Positions 28,729 to 38,653 of a stretch of DNA of 64,000 bases are shown piece after piece. The stretch lies in IMG/VR virus record IMGVR_UViG_3300028832_000096; one strand, given 5' to 3'. The translations under genes were made by a program, and so were the position numbers. Source of the DNA: a virus. Taxonomy: Duplodnaviria; Caudoviricetes. A model generated the notes under the pieces. It was not told where the DNA came from. It saw only the letters and a program-made list of their open reading frames with translations, and ran no database searches. Within the stretch, counting starts at the first letter, position 1. Every line of letters starts with the position of its first letter.

Positions 28729-29145
28729 TTATACCTCAGTATACTCAATACCTGCTGCATCAAGTGCGTCTAATCCGTCTTCAAGAAGCAGGATTCTATC
28801 CCACTCATCGTCATACTCATACCAACAACCAGCTTTATCAAGAACTTCAGCTACTTCGGTATAGTTATCAGGGGATATTCTATATACTGTAGCCATCTCA
28901 GTATCATCGATATCTACATCTGCATTTGGAATTTCTGCAATGGCTTGCATGCGAGGACTAGCTTTAAGATAACCGTTTTCATCAAATTCGAAATTATTGT
29001 AAGCAGCATAAGCTTCTAAAACATGCCAATCATTAGCGTAGTTATAATCGTTACGCCAAGCGAATTTGTTTAAGCTATTGAGAAAATTTGCAGTTTCAGC
29101 TATTGCGTTTTCCCAAGCGCTTGCGTATAAATCGTCAATCTTCAT
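28729..29145 (-). CDS. Acidic hypothetical protein
   Basis: 138 aa, AAGGAGATAT RBS. Confidence 0.7.
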   Translation of the reverse strand: MKIDDLYASAWENAIAETANFLNSLNKFAWRNDYNYANDWHVLEAYAAYNNFEFDENGYLKASPRMQAIAEIPNADVDIDDTEMATVYRISPDNYTEVAEVLDKAGCWYEYDDEWDRILLLEDGLDALDAAGIEYTEV

Positions 29146-29158
29146 ATCTTATATCTCC

Positions 29159-29542
29159 TTAGTTAAGCGATAACCAGATTTCACGGTCAAAGTCACCGCT
29201 CAATCTATCATAAAGATTTGAAGCAGCACGAGCAACTTCGCAATACAATGAAATCGTCATATAAGGATTACTTTCGTCATCTACTTCAAGCGCAGGAGCA
29301 TTGCAATAAACGAACAAGAAATCAAATACTACGCAGTTTTCTTCTTCATCAATTCTAACATTGTTAAAACTTACTTGCATAGTAAAACCGCTGCCAAGAT
29401 AGGTTTCAATTTCTTCATCGCCATAATTGATAAAAGCTAAATAACTTCCATCACTCTGAGCGCTGATATCAATTCTATCCGCAGGAAAACTGCCTTTACT
29501 TGCCAAGTACTCTGTGAAGATGTCTCTGTAATCCAAATCCAT
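29159..29542 (-). CDS. Acidic hypothetical protein
   Basis: 127 aa; probable paralog of 29561-29929. Confidence 0.7.
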   Translation of the reverse strand: MDLDYRDIFTEYLASKGSFPADRIDISAQSDGSYLAFINYGDEEIETYLGSGFTMQVSFNNVRIDEEENCVVFDFLFVYCNAPALEVDDESNPYMTISLYCEVARAASNLYDRLSGDFDREIWLSLN

Positions 29543-29560
29543 ATCTATATCTCCTTTAAA

Positions 29561-29929
29561 TTAAAAATATGTGCGTTCTTCGGGGTCGGAATAAACGTCT
29601 ATCTTATCAAGTATGTTAGAAACTATCTCGCATCTCTCAATATACTTATTAAGTTTATCTACATAATACTGAGTATCTGCATCTGCCTCAAAAGGGGTAA
29701 TCTTGCAAGAGACAAAATCAACAATTGCTGAATAACCGTCTTCACCGTCATCATAAACTTCATCTCTAACATCTGAAAAAGCATAAATGATTTCAGCAAA
29801 AGAATTTATAATAATAGCCTCATAACCACCATTAGATTCTTCTACTCGGAAGTTATATGTAAATTCGTTACTGGGCTGATAAGTACGCTCTTCTATAAAA
29901 TCCTTTATTGCTTCCTTAATTGTAGCCAT
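29561..29929 (-). CDS. Acidic hypothetical protein
   Basis: 122 aa, first gene after an AATCGTTA motif. Confidence 0.7.
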   Translation of the reverse strand: MATIKEAIKDFIEERTYQPSNEFTYNFRVEESNGGYEAIIINSFAEIIYAFSDVRDEVYDDGEDGYSAIVDFVSCKITPFEADADTQYYVDKLNKYIERCEIVSNILDKIDVYSDPEERTYF

Positions 29930-29964
29930 TATTTATATCTCCTTTAAATTAGATTCATTTATAA

Positions 29965-29972
29965 TAACGATT
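29965..29972 (-). promoter_or_regulatory. AATCGTTA motif
   Basis: AATCGTTATTATAAAT upstream of the acidic-protein operon. Confidence 0.6.
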
Positions 29973-30589
29973 TATTCGTCATCTTCCTCTTCAGGAGGCA
30001 GCATAGGAAGTGCCTTAATTATAGGACGGATATCGTGCATTACACCATTTCCTCGAAAGGGGGGCTTTTCATAGCACTCAAACATCTTGCCGTAGATTTC
30101 GCGCTCCTCCATTGTGTAGTAGCCTTTTTTCATGCACCGGCGGTAATTATCTAATAATCTATCTCTCATTAGACCTGTTATAGATTCAATGAATGCTTCT
30201 TGAACCGCAATAGCGTCTTTATCACGGCTATCTCTTACTTCTCTATATTTAACTGTAGCTTCGTTAGCTTGCTGAAGTATAACTAAGTCCTTTTTCATTT
30301 CCTGTACGTCTTCAGCTAATGTATCTACTTTAGTTTCTACTGCTATAAATTGATTTTTAGATTGTTTTGATATTTCCGATACCTGTTCGGAAATTTTATC
30401 TAGCTTTACATCATAGTTCTTTTCTTCTTTTTTATCTTCTCGCTTAGCTTGAAATTTTGCTTTTCGCAACTCCCAGAAGCCTGTACAAGTAAAAACTGCT
30501 GCTAAGGCAACGATAAATTCTACGATTACCTTGCCTATGTCGATTGTTTGTACAGCAGCATCTGTAGCTTCATTGAGTAAAGTAATCAT
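29972..30589 (-). CDS. Membrane-anchored coiled-coil protein (holin-like family)
   Basis: N-terminal TM, coiled coil, C-terminal LMRDRL...KKGY...Y....GNG. Confidence 0.55.
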   Translation of the reverse strand: MITLLNEATDAAVQTIDIGKVIVEFIVALAAVFTCTGFWELRKAKFQAKREDKKEEKNYDVKLDKISEQVSEISKQSKNQFIAVETKVDTLAEDVQEMKKDLVILQQANEATVKYREVRDSRDKDAIAVQEAFIESITGLMRDRLLDNYRRCMKKGYYTMEEREIYGKMFECYEKPPFRGNGVMHDIRPIIKALPMLPPEEEDDE

Positions 30590-30633
30590 TTCAGTTCTCC
30601 TGAATTAATTTAGTTAGGTGTTCACAATAAAAT

Positions 30634-30639
30634 AAGGTT
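30634..30639 (-). promoter_or_regulatory. AACCTT motif within an inverted repeat
   Basis: ATAAGGTT...AACCTTAT arms (about 30632-30663), upstream of start 30589. Confidence 0.5.
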
Positions 30640-30683
30640 AAGTTAGTTAAAACTCAACCTTATCGCCATTTTACATAATATTA

Positions 30684-30893
30684 TTAGTATACTCTAAATG
30701 CCAACCCGTTGTCATATAAGAAATCTATTACTTCGTCGCATTCGCTATCCGGGCCTTCTATGTCTAAGAAAGGATTATAAGCAGCGATATAGGACTTCTT
30801 ATAGCGTAAAAATTCACTAATCAGATTTTCATCTACGCTATCAACAATTCTGATATAATATGAATTTTTATTATTTGAAGCTAAAATTTTCAT
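30684..30893 (-). CDS. Hypothetical protein
   Basis: 69 aa, MKILAS start. Confidence 0.6.
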   Translation of the reverse strand: MKILASNNKNSYYIRIVDSVDENLISEFLRYKKSYIAAYNPFLDIEGPDSECDEVIDFLYDNGLAFRVY

Positions 30894-31321
30894 TATTTAT
30901 TACCTAAATGTCCTACTGTAATGTGCATCTTCTTGGGTTCATCAGACTGTCCTGTAGCTTCTCCCTCTGCTCTAATGCTTGAAAGGTCAAGCTTCTGCTC
31001 AATCTGGTAGATATCATAACCATTATCATTGAAGTTTTCTATAGATGATTTAAGCTTATCAAAAGTCTTCTCAAATTCTTCGTCATCTTGTCTCTTAGCT
31101 TCTCTGATGGTGTCCTGAATATCAGTTTCAAGGAGACGTAAATGATTTTCCATCTCCTCCTTGTCAGGAAACCTCTTGAAAATAGCAATTTCTAAATTTG
31201 CTAAATTCATAACAGTGCGCATGTCCCAAAGATATTGCATCATGCATGCGTAGAATTTGATATAGTCATTTTGTATATCTTGCGATAAGATAACTACATT
31301 GTCATTCTGATTGTCCATCAT
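30893..31321 (-). CDS. Hypothetical protein
   Basis: 142 aa, coupled. Confidence 0.7.
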   Translation of the reverse strand: MMDNQNDNVVILSQDIQNDYIKFYACMMQYLWDMRTVMNLANLEIAIFKRFPDKEEMENHLRLLETDIQDTIREAKRQDDEEFEKTFDKLKSSIENFNDNGYDIYQIEQKLDLSSIRAEGEATGQSDEPKKMHITVGHLGNK

Positions 31322-31503
31322 GTGATATTACCTAGTTCCTTTTGGATTTTAATTATCAGTTTATTAATATCATTAAAGGTTTCAAGCTGGTTGATTTCCT
31401 GTCCAATATTATCATCTTGTACAGATAATACATAATTTTGATAGAAAGTTGCGAAATCTTCATCAGGAAGCGATTTAATATACTGTTTAACTGTTTCTAG
31501 CAT
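31318..31503 (-). CDS. Hypothetical protein
   Basis: 61 aa, coupled. Confidence 0.6.
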   Translation of the reverse strand: MLETVKQYIKSLPDEDFATFYQNYVLSVQDDNIGQEINQLETFNDINKLIIKIQKELGNIT

Positions 31504-31505
31504 AA

Positions 31506-31976
31506 TTAATCATCAAATGTTACATCGCAGGAAATGATAGCACCATTTGTTAAAGTAAATGTAATTGTCCTTACATCACCATAGATACCTACATCAGGGT
31601 CTGCAGGGTCGTAATCAAAATCTACACCTGTAATATTTGTAAAAGACGCATTTTCTAAAACACTGCGGATTTCACTGTAAGCAGCTAATGTAGTGTCATT
31701 GTAATTATGATAGTAAGCATCTACAATTTCTTCAAGCTTGAATTCTACTTCTTCAATTGCGTTTTCTCTAATGTCTTCAACATCTGAAGGAACATTATCC
31801 GACCAGTCGTAATTAGCCATTTCAGCATCGACTAAAGAACCTATGTAGTCATGACTATATTGCTTAGTAAATTCTCTAGCAGAATTCTGGTCTAACTGAA
31901 GATGCATATCTTCGGGAATATTAAGGTTGCGATAAACCTCATTAGCAATGTCTTGTGCAAATCCGTAATCAAGCAT
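31506..31976 (-). CDS. Acidic hypothetical protein
   Basis: 156 aa, AAGGAG RBS. Confidence 0.7.
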   Translation of the reverse strand: MLDYGFAQDIANEVYRNLNIPEDMHLQLDQNSAREFTKQYSHDYIGSLVDAEMANYDWSDNVPSDVEDIRENAIEEVEFKLEEIVDAYYHNYNDTTLAAYSEIRSVLENASFTNITGVDFDYDPADPDVGIYGDVRTITFTLTNGAIISCDVTFDD

Positions 31977-31988
31977 AAATGAGTCTCC

Positions 31989-32639
31989 TTAGTGATTTTT
32001 AGCAATCTTGTAAAACTGATTGAGCAGATAATGTACTACGCTATCTGCAGTTTCCTCAGGGACATTGTCTATCCATTCCTTCCAGTTATCTGTTACATCT
32101 CCATCTTCAAATATAACAGTTACATAAAATACATCTTCAGCAGGAACAATATCATAGCTGTAATCTGCTACAATACCGCTCCATGTCTTGTCACTAAAAA
32201 GAATTTGACCAAAACGCTGGAGACCTTCGTCAAGATACTCTAATCCAGGTTCTACTGTATCTTCAGTCTCTTCAAGATTAAAAGGAAGTTCTTCCTCTTC
32301 ATTCACCTGTCTCCAGTAGTTTTCCTCATTATCCATTGAATCGATAAGTGTTTCAATAGAATCATAAACTACAGGCATACCATATTCATTTTCTTCATTA
32401 TCGTCAAAATACTCGTTGTAGCTATCTACATAGAGGTTATGGAAGTCGAAATTAGGATGTGCAGACTTAGTTGATTCAAATTCTGCTTTAGCCGATGCAA
32501 GGTCATCTGCGTAGAATTTACCTATACAATAGAACTCATCACCATCAATACCGGTTTCGCCGTCACCCGGAAAATACTCCATTAGCATGAAAACATCATA
32601 ATCAGGATTAATATCTGTGTCTGCTAAAAAATATTTCAT
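31989..32639 (-). CDS. Highly acidic hypothetical protein
   Basis: 216 aa, very D/E-rich. Confidence 0.7.
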   Translation of the reverse strand: MKYFLADTDINPDYDVFMLMEYFPGDGETGIDGDEFYCIGKFYADDLASAKAEFESTKSAHPNFDFHNLYVDSYNEYFDDNEENEYGMPVVYDSIETLIDSMDNEENYWRQVNEEEELPFNLEETEDTVEPGLEYLDEGLQRFGQILFSDKTWSGIVADYSYDIVPAEDVFYVTVIFEDGDVTDNWKEWIDNVPEETADSVVHYLLNQFYKIAKNH

Positions 32640-32650
32640 AGCTTTTCTCC

Positions 32651-32965
32651 TTATCTATATACTTCTTTTATCTTACTTACTAATTCATGGAATTCTATAG
32701 GAATATCACCTACGGATTTCTTCTTGCTAACATATACATCATAATACCACTGGAGAGCTTGAATATCTTTGCAAAGCTCCTCTAATGTTGGTATTGTAAT
32801 AGTTTCGCCTCCTGCATACTTGCATAACTTAATGAGCGATTTCGCTCCTATTATACTAAAAAGTTCAGGAAGATTTGCAAACTCAGGAGTTTCATGCAAC
32901 GGCGGCAATAATTGCAGCAGATACTGAAAGTCTAATTCTTCTGATATAGGTAATTCTTTACTCAT
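32651..32965 (-). CDS. Mor-like transcriptional regulator
   Basis: IIG...LIKLCKYAGGETITIP signature of the Mor/C family. Confidence 0.55.
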   Translation of the reverse strand: MSKELPISEELDFQYLLQLLPPLHETPEFANLPELFSIIGAKSLIKLCKYAGGETITIPTLEELCKDIQALQWYYDVYVSKKKSVGDIPIEFHELVSKIKEVYR

Positions 32966-33405
32966 GACGCAAGTATAACATTCATCTTATTCATTGTGTC
33001 TTCGCAAACTTCCATCCAACCAGTAATGTTATACTCTTCACAGAAATTATCCCAATCATAATTGCGATAAAGGGCATCATATAATTTCTTAGCGGCATCA
33101 TATATGTCCTGTGCATACTCTTTATCTGTGCGTCCTTCTACAAAACCAGGGAAATCAAGTGAAGGTGTACCCAAAAGCTGATGCATTCTATCTGCAAGAT
33201 ATTCAGGTTCGTCTCCGCCGGTTATGTCATAAGTGTTGTAGAAATCTTCACTTACTGAATAAACAGCTAACATAAAGTTATCGGCAGCTTCGCAGATATC
33301 ATCTACATCAGGTTCCTCGTCGTCGTAATCATAATCGTCATAATCACGATATCTAGGGTCGTCATCACCTTGGTCAGGTACATTAAGAAATGGATTAATA
33401 GGCAT
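32962..33405 (-). CDS. Highly acidic hypothetical protein
   Basis: 147 aa, DYDDYDYDDEE tract. Confidence 0.7.
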   Translation of the reverse strand: MPINPFLNVPDQGDDDPRYRDYDDYDYDDEEPDVDDICEAADNFMLAVYSVSEDFYNTYDITGGDEPEYLADRMHQLLGTPSLDFPGFVEGRTDKEYAQDIYDAAKKLYDALYRNYDWDNFCEEYNITGWMEVCEDTMNKMNVILAS

Positions 33406-33418
33406 AAGTTACTCCTTA

Positions 33419-33787
33419 TTAGTAATCTGCGTCTTCATCTTCAATGTCTTCTACAAACTGACCTTCGTCTTCAACATCTTCTGACTCAGGAGCTACGTAC
33501 TTCTGAAGCTTAGCATAACCCTTAGGACTGATATCTCCTATATGACGCTTGAAGTTAATCCATCCAATGTTTTCTCCATTGTAAAGAATAACCTGGTCAC
33601 CATCTTTATTAGGGTCACCGAAAGAAATATTAGGGTCGTGCATGATATTATCAAATATCTGAGCCATTGACTCACCTTTGTAGGAACCTTGCGATTTCTC
33701 AGCAATCTTTTCAGGAGTATATACCTTTGAAACCATCTGAGAAACCTTGTTTGTGAACTTGTTAGCTGCTTTAATGTAAATTTTCAT
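33419..33787 (-). CDS. Hypothetical protein, MKIYIKAA leader
   Basis: 122 aa, AAGGAG RBS, acidic tail. Confidence 0.75.
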   Translation of the reverse strand: MKIYIKAANKFTNKVSQMVSKVYTPEKIAEKSQGSYKGESMAQIFDNIMHDPNISFGDPNKDGDQVILYNGENIGWINFKRHIGDISPKGYAKLQKYVAPESEDVEDEGQFVEDIEDEDADY

Positions 33788-33821
33788 GAGAGTATCTCCT
33801 TATAATGATTGTTATTTATAA

Positions 33822-33851
33822 TAACGATTCTTAACAAAATAAATAAAGGTT
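33822..33851 (-). promoter_or_regulatory. Tandem AACCTT (33846-33851) and AATCGTTA (33822-33829) motifs
   Basis: Both motif classes in one short intergenic region. Confidence 0.6.
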
Positions 33852-33858
33852 AGATAAA

Positions 33859-34635
33859 CTAACCTTCTCTGCATTTGTTGTTAAATTCAATTAGTTCTTT
33901 TAGCAATTCCGCATTGTATTCTTCGGCTATCGCCTTTACATCTTTATTTAGACAATGGCTGTCCCAATAAGGTTTATCTCGATATACAAAAGTATGAGAG
34001 GGATTTACTCGAGGGTCAAGTATGAATAATTCTCGAAGTTCCTCGTAGTTAACTCCTGCGGATTCTGCAATTCGATAGAACTGATTGCAGAAAGAAACCT
34101 TCATAGCTAAATAAGAGTTCTCCATATACTTGACCAACTCAGCAGTTTTAGAATCTGTAATACGAAATTGGTGTGAAGCATCATAAACTTGTTGGAGTAT
34201 CTGAATAGCTTTTATGCAATCTGTTTTGAAGCCTCCAAGGATAGTGAAGTTGAAATTAGAATTGTTGCAGTGTTGTGTATTTCCATAGTATTCAGGACTA
34301 AAAACAATGTGCTTACCAGTTTCTCGCCTAAGCATCTCAGTCGTTCCAGGCAATACTGTGCTTTTAATAACAAATAATTCTGCATCATTCTCTATCAAAG
34401 CATTTCTTACTTCGGAAATGTCGCAAGTGTCATCAACAGTCAAAGGAGTATCTACGCAGATAAATGCTAAATCGTAATGCTTATCTTCTTTCTCCTTAAA
34501 GTTTTCTTTATACTTATCATAAACATAAACAGATACTCGACCTTCAATTGTTGGAGGTTCTGGAAGTAATCTTCTTGCTACATTAGTACCAACAACACCG
34601 ATACCTACAACTAAGATATTAGGTTTCTTCATCAT
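33859..34635 (-). CDS. UDP-glucose/GDP-mannose dehydrogenase-family protein (short form)
   Basis: GIGVVG Rossmann motif, FICVDTP, IKSTVLPGT, FSPE, AELVKYMENSYLAMKVSFCN, CLNKD. Confidence 0.85.
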   Translation of the reverse strand: MMKKPNILVVGIGVVGTNVARRLLPEPPTIEGRVSVYVYDKYKENFKEKEDKHYDLAFICVDTPLTVDDTCDISEVRNALIENDAELFVIKSTVLPGTTEMLRRETGKHIVFSPEYYGNTQHCNNSNFNFTILGGFKTDCIKAIQILQQVYDASHQFRITDSKTAELVKYMENSYLAMKVSFCNQFYRIAESAGVNYEELRELFILDPRVNPSHTFVYRDKPYWDSHCLNKDVKAIAEEYNAELLKELIEFNNKCREG

Positions 34636-35606
34636 TCAAGCTCCTCTATATGCGTTATCCATTCGTCAAAAGTAAAGTGTTCGAGCAATACACCTTCATC
34701 AAGTACTCGCCGTTTGACACCACTTATTATACGATACCGCATTTCAGGGCTTAATCTACTGAATAACTCTTTGTGTTCTTTATAATACTGTTTAAAACAT
34801 TTCTCTGTTTCATAACGATACTTAGAATTCATCGGGTCAAGCCATATTGGTTTATTTAACATATAGTAGGTGTTATATATAAGTAATCCGGTATGATACT
34901 TGGCGTTATCTAACATACGTCTTTCTAAAAAATCTCGCACTAAGTAATTGTTAGAATATATCATTCGAGTATATGTTTTCAAAACATAAAGTTTATCGGA
35001 CCTACAAATAGAGTTATCACGCCATTTCCATAAATAGATGGGAATATTGCAATATTCTCTAACTTTAGCAGTAGCTAGTGCTAAAACATTATAAGAACCG
35101 TCTTCATGGTACTTGATATCAGAATACCAAACTATCTTATTATCAATAAGGTGCCTACGCCTGTAAACTTTACCATGAATGAATCTATCGTCTTTATTGT
35201 GTGTTATATATCTGTATGTTCCATACTTAGTATCTTGTGCTTCTTCTATAAACGAGCACACAAGTGCATCAAACCCTTTAGTAATAAAAGAAAATATACC
35301 GTAAAGGCCGAGTGCATTCATAAACATATCATCAGCATCGCAAAACATAACATAATCGGCAGTTGCTTCTTCAAAAAGCTTCTGTCGAGTTCCTGCAGGG
35401 CTAGAATGTTCGTATTGGAAATACTTTACGGAAAAGGAATAGCTGTTGATAAAATCTTCTGACAACTTAATGTCTGAACCATCGTTTCCGATTAAAACCT
35501 CAATGTCGTCAAAATTTATGCCCTTCTGAATTGCTATACTATCTAGCATATTCTTGACAACAGAATTATCCTCATTATATTGAGGAATAAGTAATTGTAA
35601 TTTCAT
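34632..35606 (-). CDS. GT2-family glycosyltransferase
   Basis: LIPQYN, NDGSD, YVMFCDADD, HED motifs. Confidence 0.85.
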   Translation of the reverse strand: MKLQLLIPQYNEDNSVVKNMLDSIAIQKGINFDDIEVLIGNDGSDIKLSEDFINSYSFSVKYFQYEHSSPAGTRQKLFEEATADYVMFCDADDMFMNALGLYGIFSFITKGFDALVCSFIEEAQDTKYGTYRYITHNKDDRFIHGKVYRRRHLIDNKIVWYSDIKYHEDGSYNVLALATAKVREYCNIPIYLWKWRDNSICRSDKLYVLKTYTRMIYSNNYLVRDFLERRMLDNAKYHTGLLIYNTYYMLNKPIWLDPMNSKYRYETEKCFKQYYKEHKELFSRLSPEMRYRIISGVKRRVLDEGVLLEHFTFDEWITHIEELE

Positions 35607-35651
35607 TTATGGCCTCCTTAAAGGTTTTAAGTAAGTACCTAGTATAAGATA

Positions 35652-36305
35652 TTAATGGGTGTTGATATAAGAGATTAAATCCCCTAAAGTAACATATTCA
35701 GGTCCCCAAGTATTATCTTCATCATCAAATACGTTTAAAACAATACGAGTATTATCAGATAAGTCATAGTAGTTTGGCATTCTAGAATACAAGCTACTAA
35801 CATTATGTAGGAAATAATGGCTATCTACACCTATATGATGTGTACTAATATATTCACTGATATATTCGGTAAGATATGTATCTAAAGCGTCATGAGATGT
35901 ACCAAAATATTCGCTAAGATAGTCGTTTACAGGAGTCTGTGGATAGCTGTCAAAATATTCGCTAAAGTAATCAGACCCTTCGACACGTACAACCTCACCT
36001 TCATGGCTTGTATCAAACATTACAAATTCATAGTCTGTCACATCATAACTTTGTGAAGGACATTTATAAATAGCACTGTTTAGATTAAAAGAATGGTGTT
36101 GGATATACGAATCAAAGTTATGGTATTGACCTTCTGAATTTATTCCGAAGTTTAAGTAATTACTAACCATATCATAACCGTCGACTATAAATGTCGAAGT
36201 ATTGTTATGGCTGTTAGCTAAAAGCTTAGGACTTTGCGAATATTCTGATAAATATGGAAAATCAGCAATAGCTTTATACTTATTATGTTTGCTGTTATCT
36301 GACAT
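35652..36305 (-). CDS. Hypothetical protein with YxSEY repeats
   Basis: DYFSEYF / DYLSEYF / TYLTEYISEYI. Confidence 0.6.
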   Translation of the reverse strand: MSDNSKHNKYKAIADFPYLSEYSQSPKLLANSHNNTSTFIVDGYDMVSNYLNFGINSEGQYHNFDSYIQHHSFNLNSAIYKCPSQSYDVTDYEFVMFDTSHEGEVVRVEGSDYFSEYFDSYPQTPVNDYLSEYFGTSHDALDTYLTEYISEYISTHHIGVDSHYFLHNVSSLYSRMPNYYDLSDNTRIVLNVFDDEDNTWGPEYVTLGDLISYINTH

Positions 36306-36315
36306 AGCCTACCTC

Positions 36316-37491
36316 TTAATAATTATATTGAAGTTCAATACTCTTCTCATAATCGCCTGTCTTCTTATAATAATCTAACTGTGCTCTTAAGTTGTCCATA
36401 CTATCTGATTCAAAGCGACGTGTTTCTCTTGTAGTTTGTCCATATTCAGTGTCGAACGGAGGAACATATACTCTTAGTGTGATTTCAATAGCAGGCTCAC
36501 CCCAACTCATTGTTCTATCAATACTAAAATAATCAGATATTCGTTTAACCCAGTATGGAAGTGAATTAAAGCAGCGTTTAGATTGCTTGTCCCAGAAACG
36601 CATAGACTTCTCTTCAGGCAATGAAGCGTCATTAGCGTTAGCCATATCAGTTAAAAATTTATTGCCTTCGCAGAAATCTGCAATCATTGAAATAAGATGA
36701 TTCTGAATATAATCATAGAACTTAATATAGAATGCTTTATCAAAGTATGCATTTATTTGGTCGACTGACTGAGTAGGTTTAAATGCAACAGAAAATTTGA
36801 CCTCTATACCTTTGAAGTCAGATTTAACTCCAGGTATCCTCAACCAAATAGTTGCCCAATAAGTAAATGTATATCCATTTAACTGGACTTTTTTAGTTTC
36901 AAGAGTAATTGAAAAATCTACACCATACTCATCTGCAAGCTTCTTGAGTTTCTTACTGTGGTCTATAATTTTATCGAATACAGAATTAGCATAAGCGGTC
37001 CAATATTCAAAATCTTTATTGACCCATTCTTTAAGATAATCACCTACATTAGTGATATCGTCTGCTTTAATGCCAGATTCTACGACCCAATAGCCCATTA
37101 CAATATAATCAGTAGAATTCCAGCTATCGTAGATTCTATCATTAATTACGCAAACAAGATGGTTAGTCCTACCAGATTTACCATCAGCACTACACCAAAT
37201 AATGTAAGTTCCTGAATGAGTATCTGCAAACTGTCCGACAGTAATCTTTTCTTCAGGAGTGATAATGTCACCACCGCCAAGCTCTTTAATTACTTTGATG
37301 CAATTGGAGTGGCTATTATAATGCCAACCCTTTCTCCAATTCTCTTTTGCAGAATCATTAAGTGCTTTTCTAGCCTTAGAGTAGTCCATATTAAACGCAA
37401 GGGAGATTGCCCTTGCGGTGCAGTCTCCGGTTCGTGTTCCGCGCACATTTGCGTTGTAGTTAATAACTTTAGATGAAACTACTCTTGCCAT
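36316..37491 (-). CDS. Protein with N-terminal GDCxxRA domain (papain-like peptidase candidate)
   Basis: GDCTARAISLA...HLVCVI...IYDSW. Confidence 0.55.
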   Translation of the reverse strand: MARVVSSKVINYNANVRGTRTGDCTARAISLAFNMDYSKARKALNDSAKENWRKGWHYNSHSNCIKVIKELGGGDIITPEEKITVGQFADTHSGTYIIWCSADGKSGRTNHLVCVINDRIYDSWNSTDYIVMGYWVVESGIKADDITNVGDYLKEWVNKDFEYWTAYANSVFDKIIDHSKKLKKLADEYGVDFSITLETKKVQLNGYTFTYWATIWLRIPGVKSDFKGIEVKFSVAFKPTQSVDQINAYFDKAFYIKFYDYIQNHLISMIADFCEGNKFLTDMANANDASLPEEKSMRFWDKQSKRCFNSLPYWVKRISDYFSIDRTMSWGEPAIEITLRVYVPPFDTEYGQTTRETRRFESDSMDNLRAQLDYYKKTGDYEKSIELQYNY

Positions 37492-37700
37492 TGATATTCC
37501 TCAAATATCTCACACTCATCAAAATATTTTATGGACCATAAGTCTACTGCAATATTTACTGCGTTTAATAACGCTTTGTTATCTGTTATCATATCGCTGT
37601 ACTTGTAAACAGTATCAGCAATTGCATTGTATATTGCGTTATTTAGGTCGTTCTGAAAACTATTATCTCTATCGTTGAATGAGTTAATATGTTTTTTCAT
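37479..37700 (-). CDS. Hypothetical protein, MKKHINS leader variant
   Basis: Start moved to ATG 37700, right after the upstream stop. Confidence 0.6.
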   Translation of the reverse strand: MKKHINSFNDRDNSFQNDLNNAIYNAIADTVYKYSDMITDNKALLNAVNIAVDLWSIKYFDECEIFEEYQWQE

Positions 37701-37701
37701 A

Positions 37702-37902
37702 TTATGCTTCGTCTGAATATTTAGTAAGGAGGATTCTTGCATTATCTAACACCTCAATATCTTCTGCTGTAAAATATTCAGAAAATTCCATTGGACCTGT
37801 AATCATATTCTGAAAATCCCAGATACTATCTGCAGCTTCTTTAGCGGCTCTTTTGCATGAAGCCATGGCATTTTCATAATTAGCTCTAACATACTTTTTC
37901 AT
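37702..37902 (-). CDS. Hypothetical protein, MKKYVRA leader
   Basis: 66 aa, GAGGAG upstream. Confidence 0.7.
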   Translation of the reverse strand: MKKYVRANYENAMASCKRAAKEAADSIWDFQNMITGPMEFSEYFTAEDIEVLDNARILLTKYSDEA

Positions 37903-37903
37903 A

Positions 37904-38653
37904 TCATTTATTCTCCTCTTCTATTTCTTTGATAGATTTTACTTGTTCTGCAACTAAATTTATATCAAATACAATAGCATTGTTGCTTCTTGCTAACCTG
38001 CTGAATGTTAAATAAGTATAACCGGCACCATTAATGACTTCAATTACATTGACCATTATGTCACCGATGTTTACTTCGTCTTTGTAATAAATCCAAAGCT
38101 CATTGTCATCAATTGCTATTCTAAGAACACCAGAAGTATCTTCTCTACTATTAAGTGTTCCTTTAATTACCTCAGACTCCGATGCAATATCAATTACAGG
38201 GCAAACCTTAGTGTCAGCAGTAACCTTGCCATAAATTGCTGTAGACTCTTCAACAGGCTCCTCAGGTTTAGGTTCAGGTGCAGGAGCTTCTCCGCCTTCA
38301 TCACCTGAAGGTTCTGCAAACAAATCAGGTTCACCTTCCATATCGCTCGGAGGAGCCGAAGGAGCTGAACTATGATGGCTTCCACCAGAATACGAAGGTG
38401 AAAATACATTGCTTTCATCAGGAATATCAGAATCAAAAGCACCAACTTCTTCATTTTCAGCCGGCTTAGGTGCTTCTTCAACTTCCTTCTCCTCAATAGC
38501 TTCGTCTAATTGCTCTTTAGAATCATCGTCTAAGTAATCAGAAAGTTGCTGAACTAACTCCGCATTCTTAGGACTCGTCATAGTTGCATGAATCTTGTCC
38601 TTGCGGCTGCTAGTTAAATACAATTTAGATGAATAAATTCTAGACAATTTCAT
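37904..38653 (-). CDS. Acidic Pro-rich linker protein
   Basis: 249 aa, disordered central region. Confidence 0.7.
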   Translation of the reverse strand: MKLSRIYSSKLYLTSSRKDKIHATMTSPKNAELVQQLSDYLDDDSKEQLDEAIEEKEVEEAPKPAENEEVGAFDSDIPDESNVFSPSYSGGSHHSSAPSAPPSDMEGEPDLFAEPSGDEGGEAPAPEPKPEEPVEESTAIYGKVTADTKVCPVIDIASESEVIKGTLNSREDTSGVLRIAIDDNELWIYYKDEVNIGDIMVNVIEVINGAGYTYLTFSRLARSNNAIVFDINLVAEQVKSIKEIEEENK

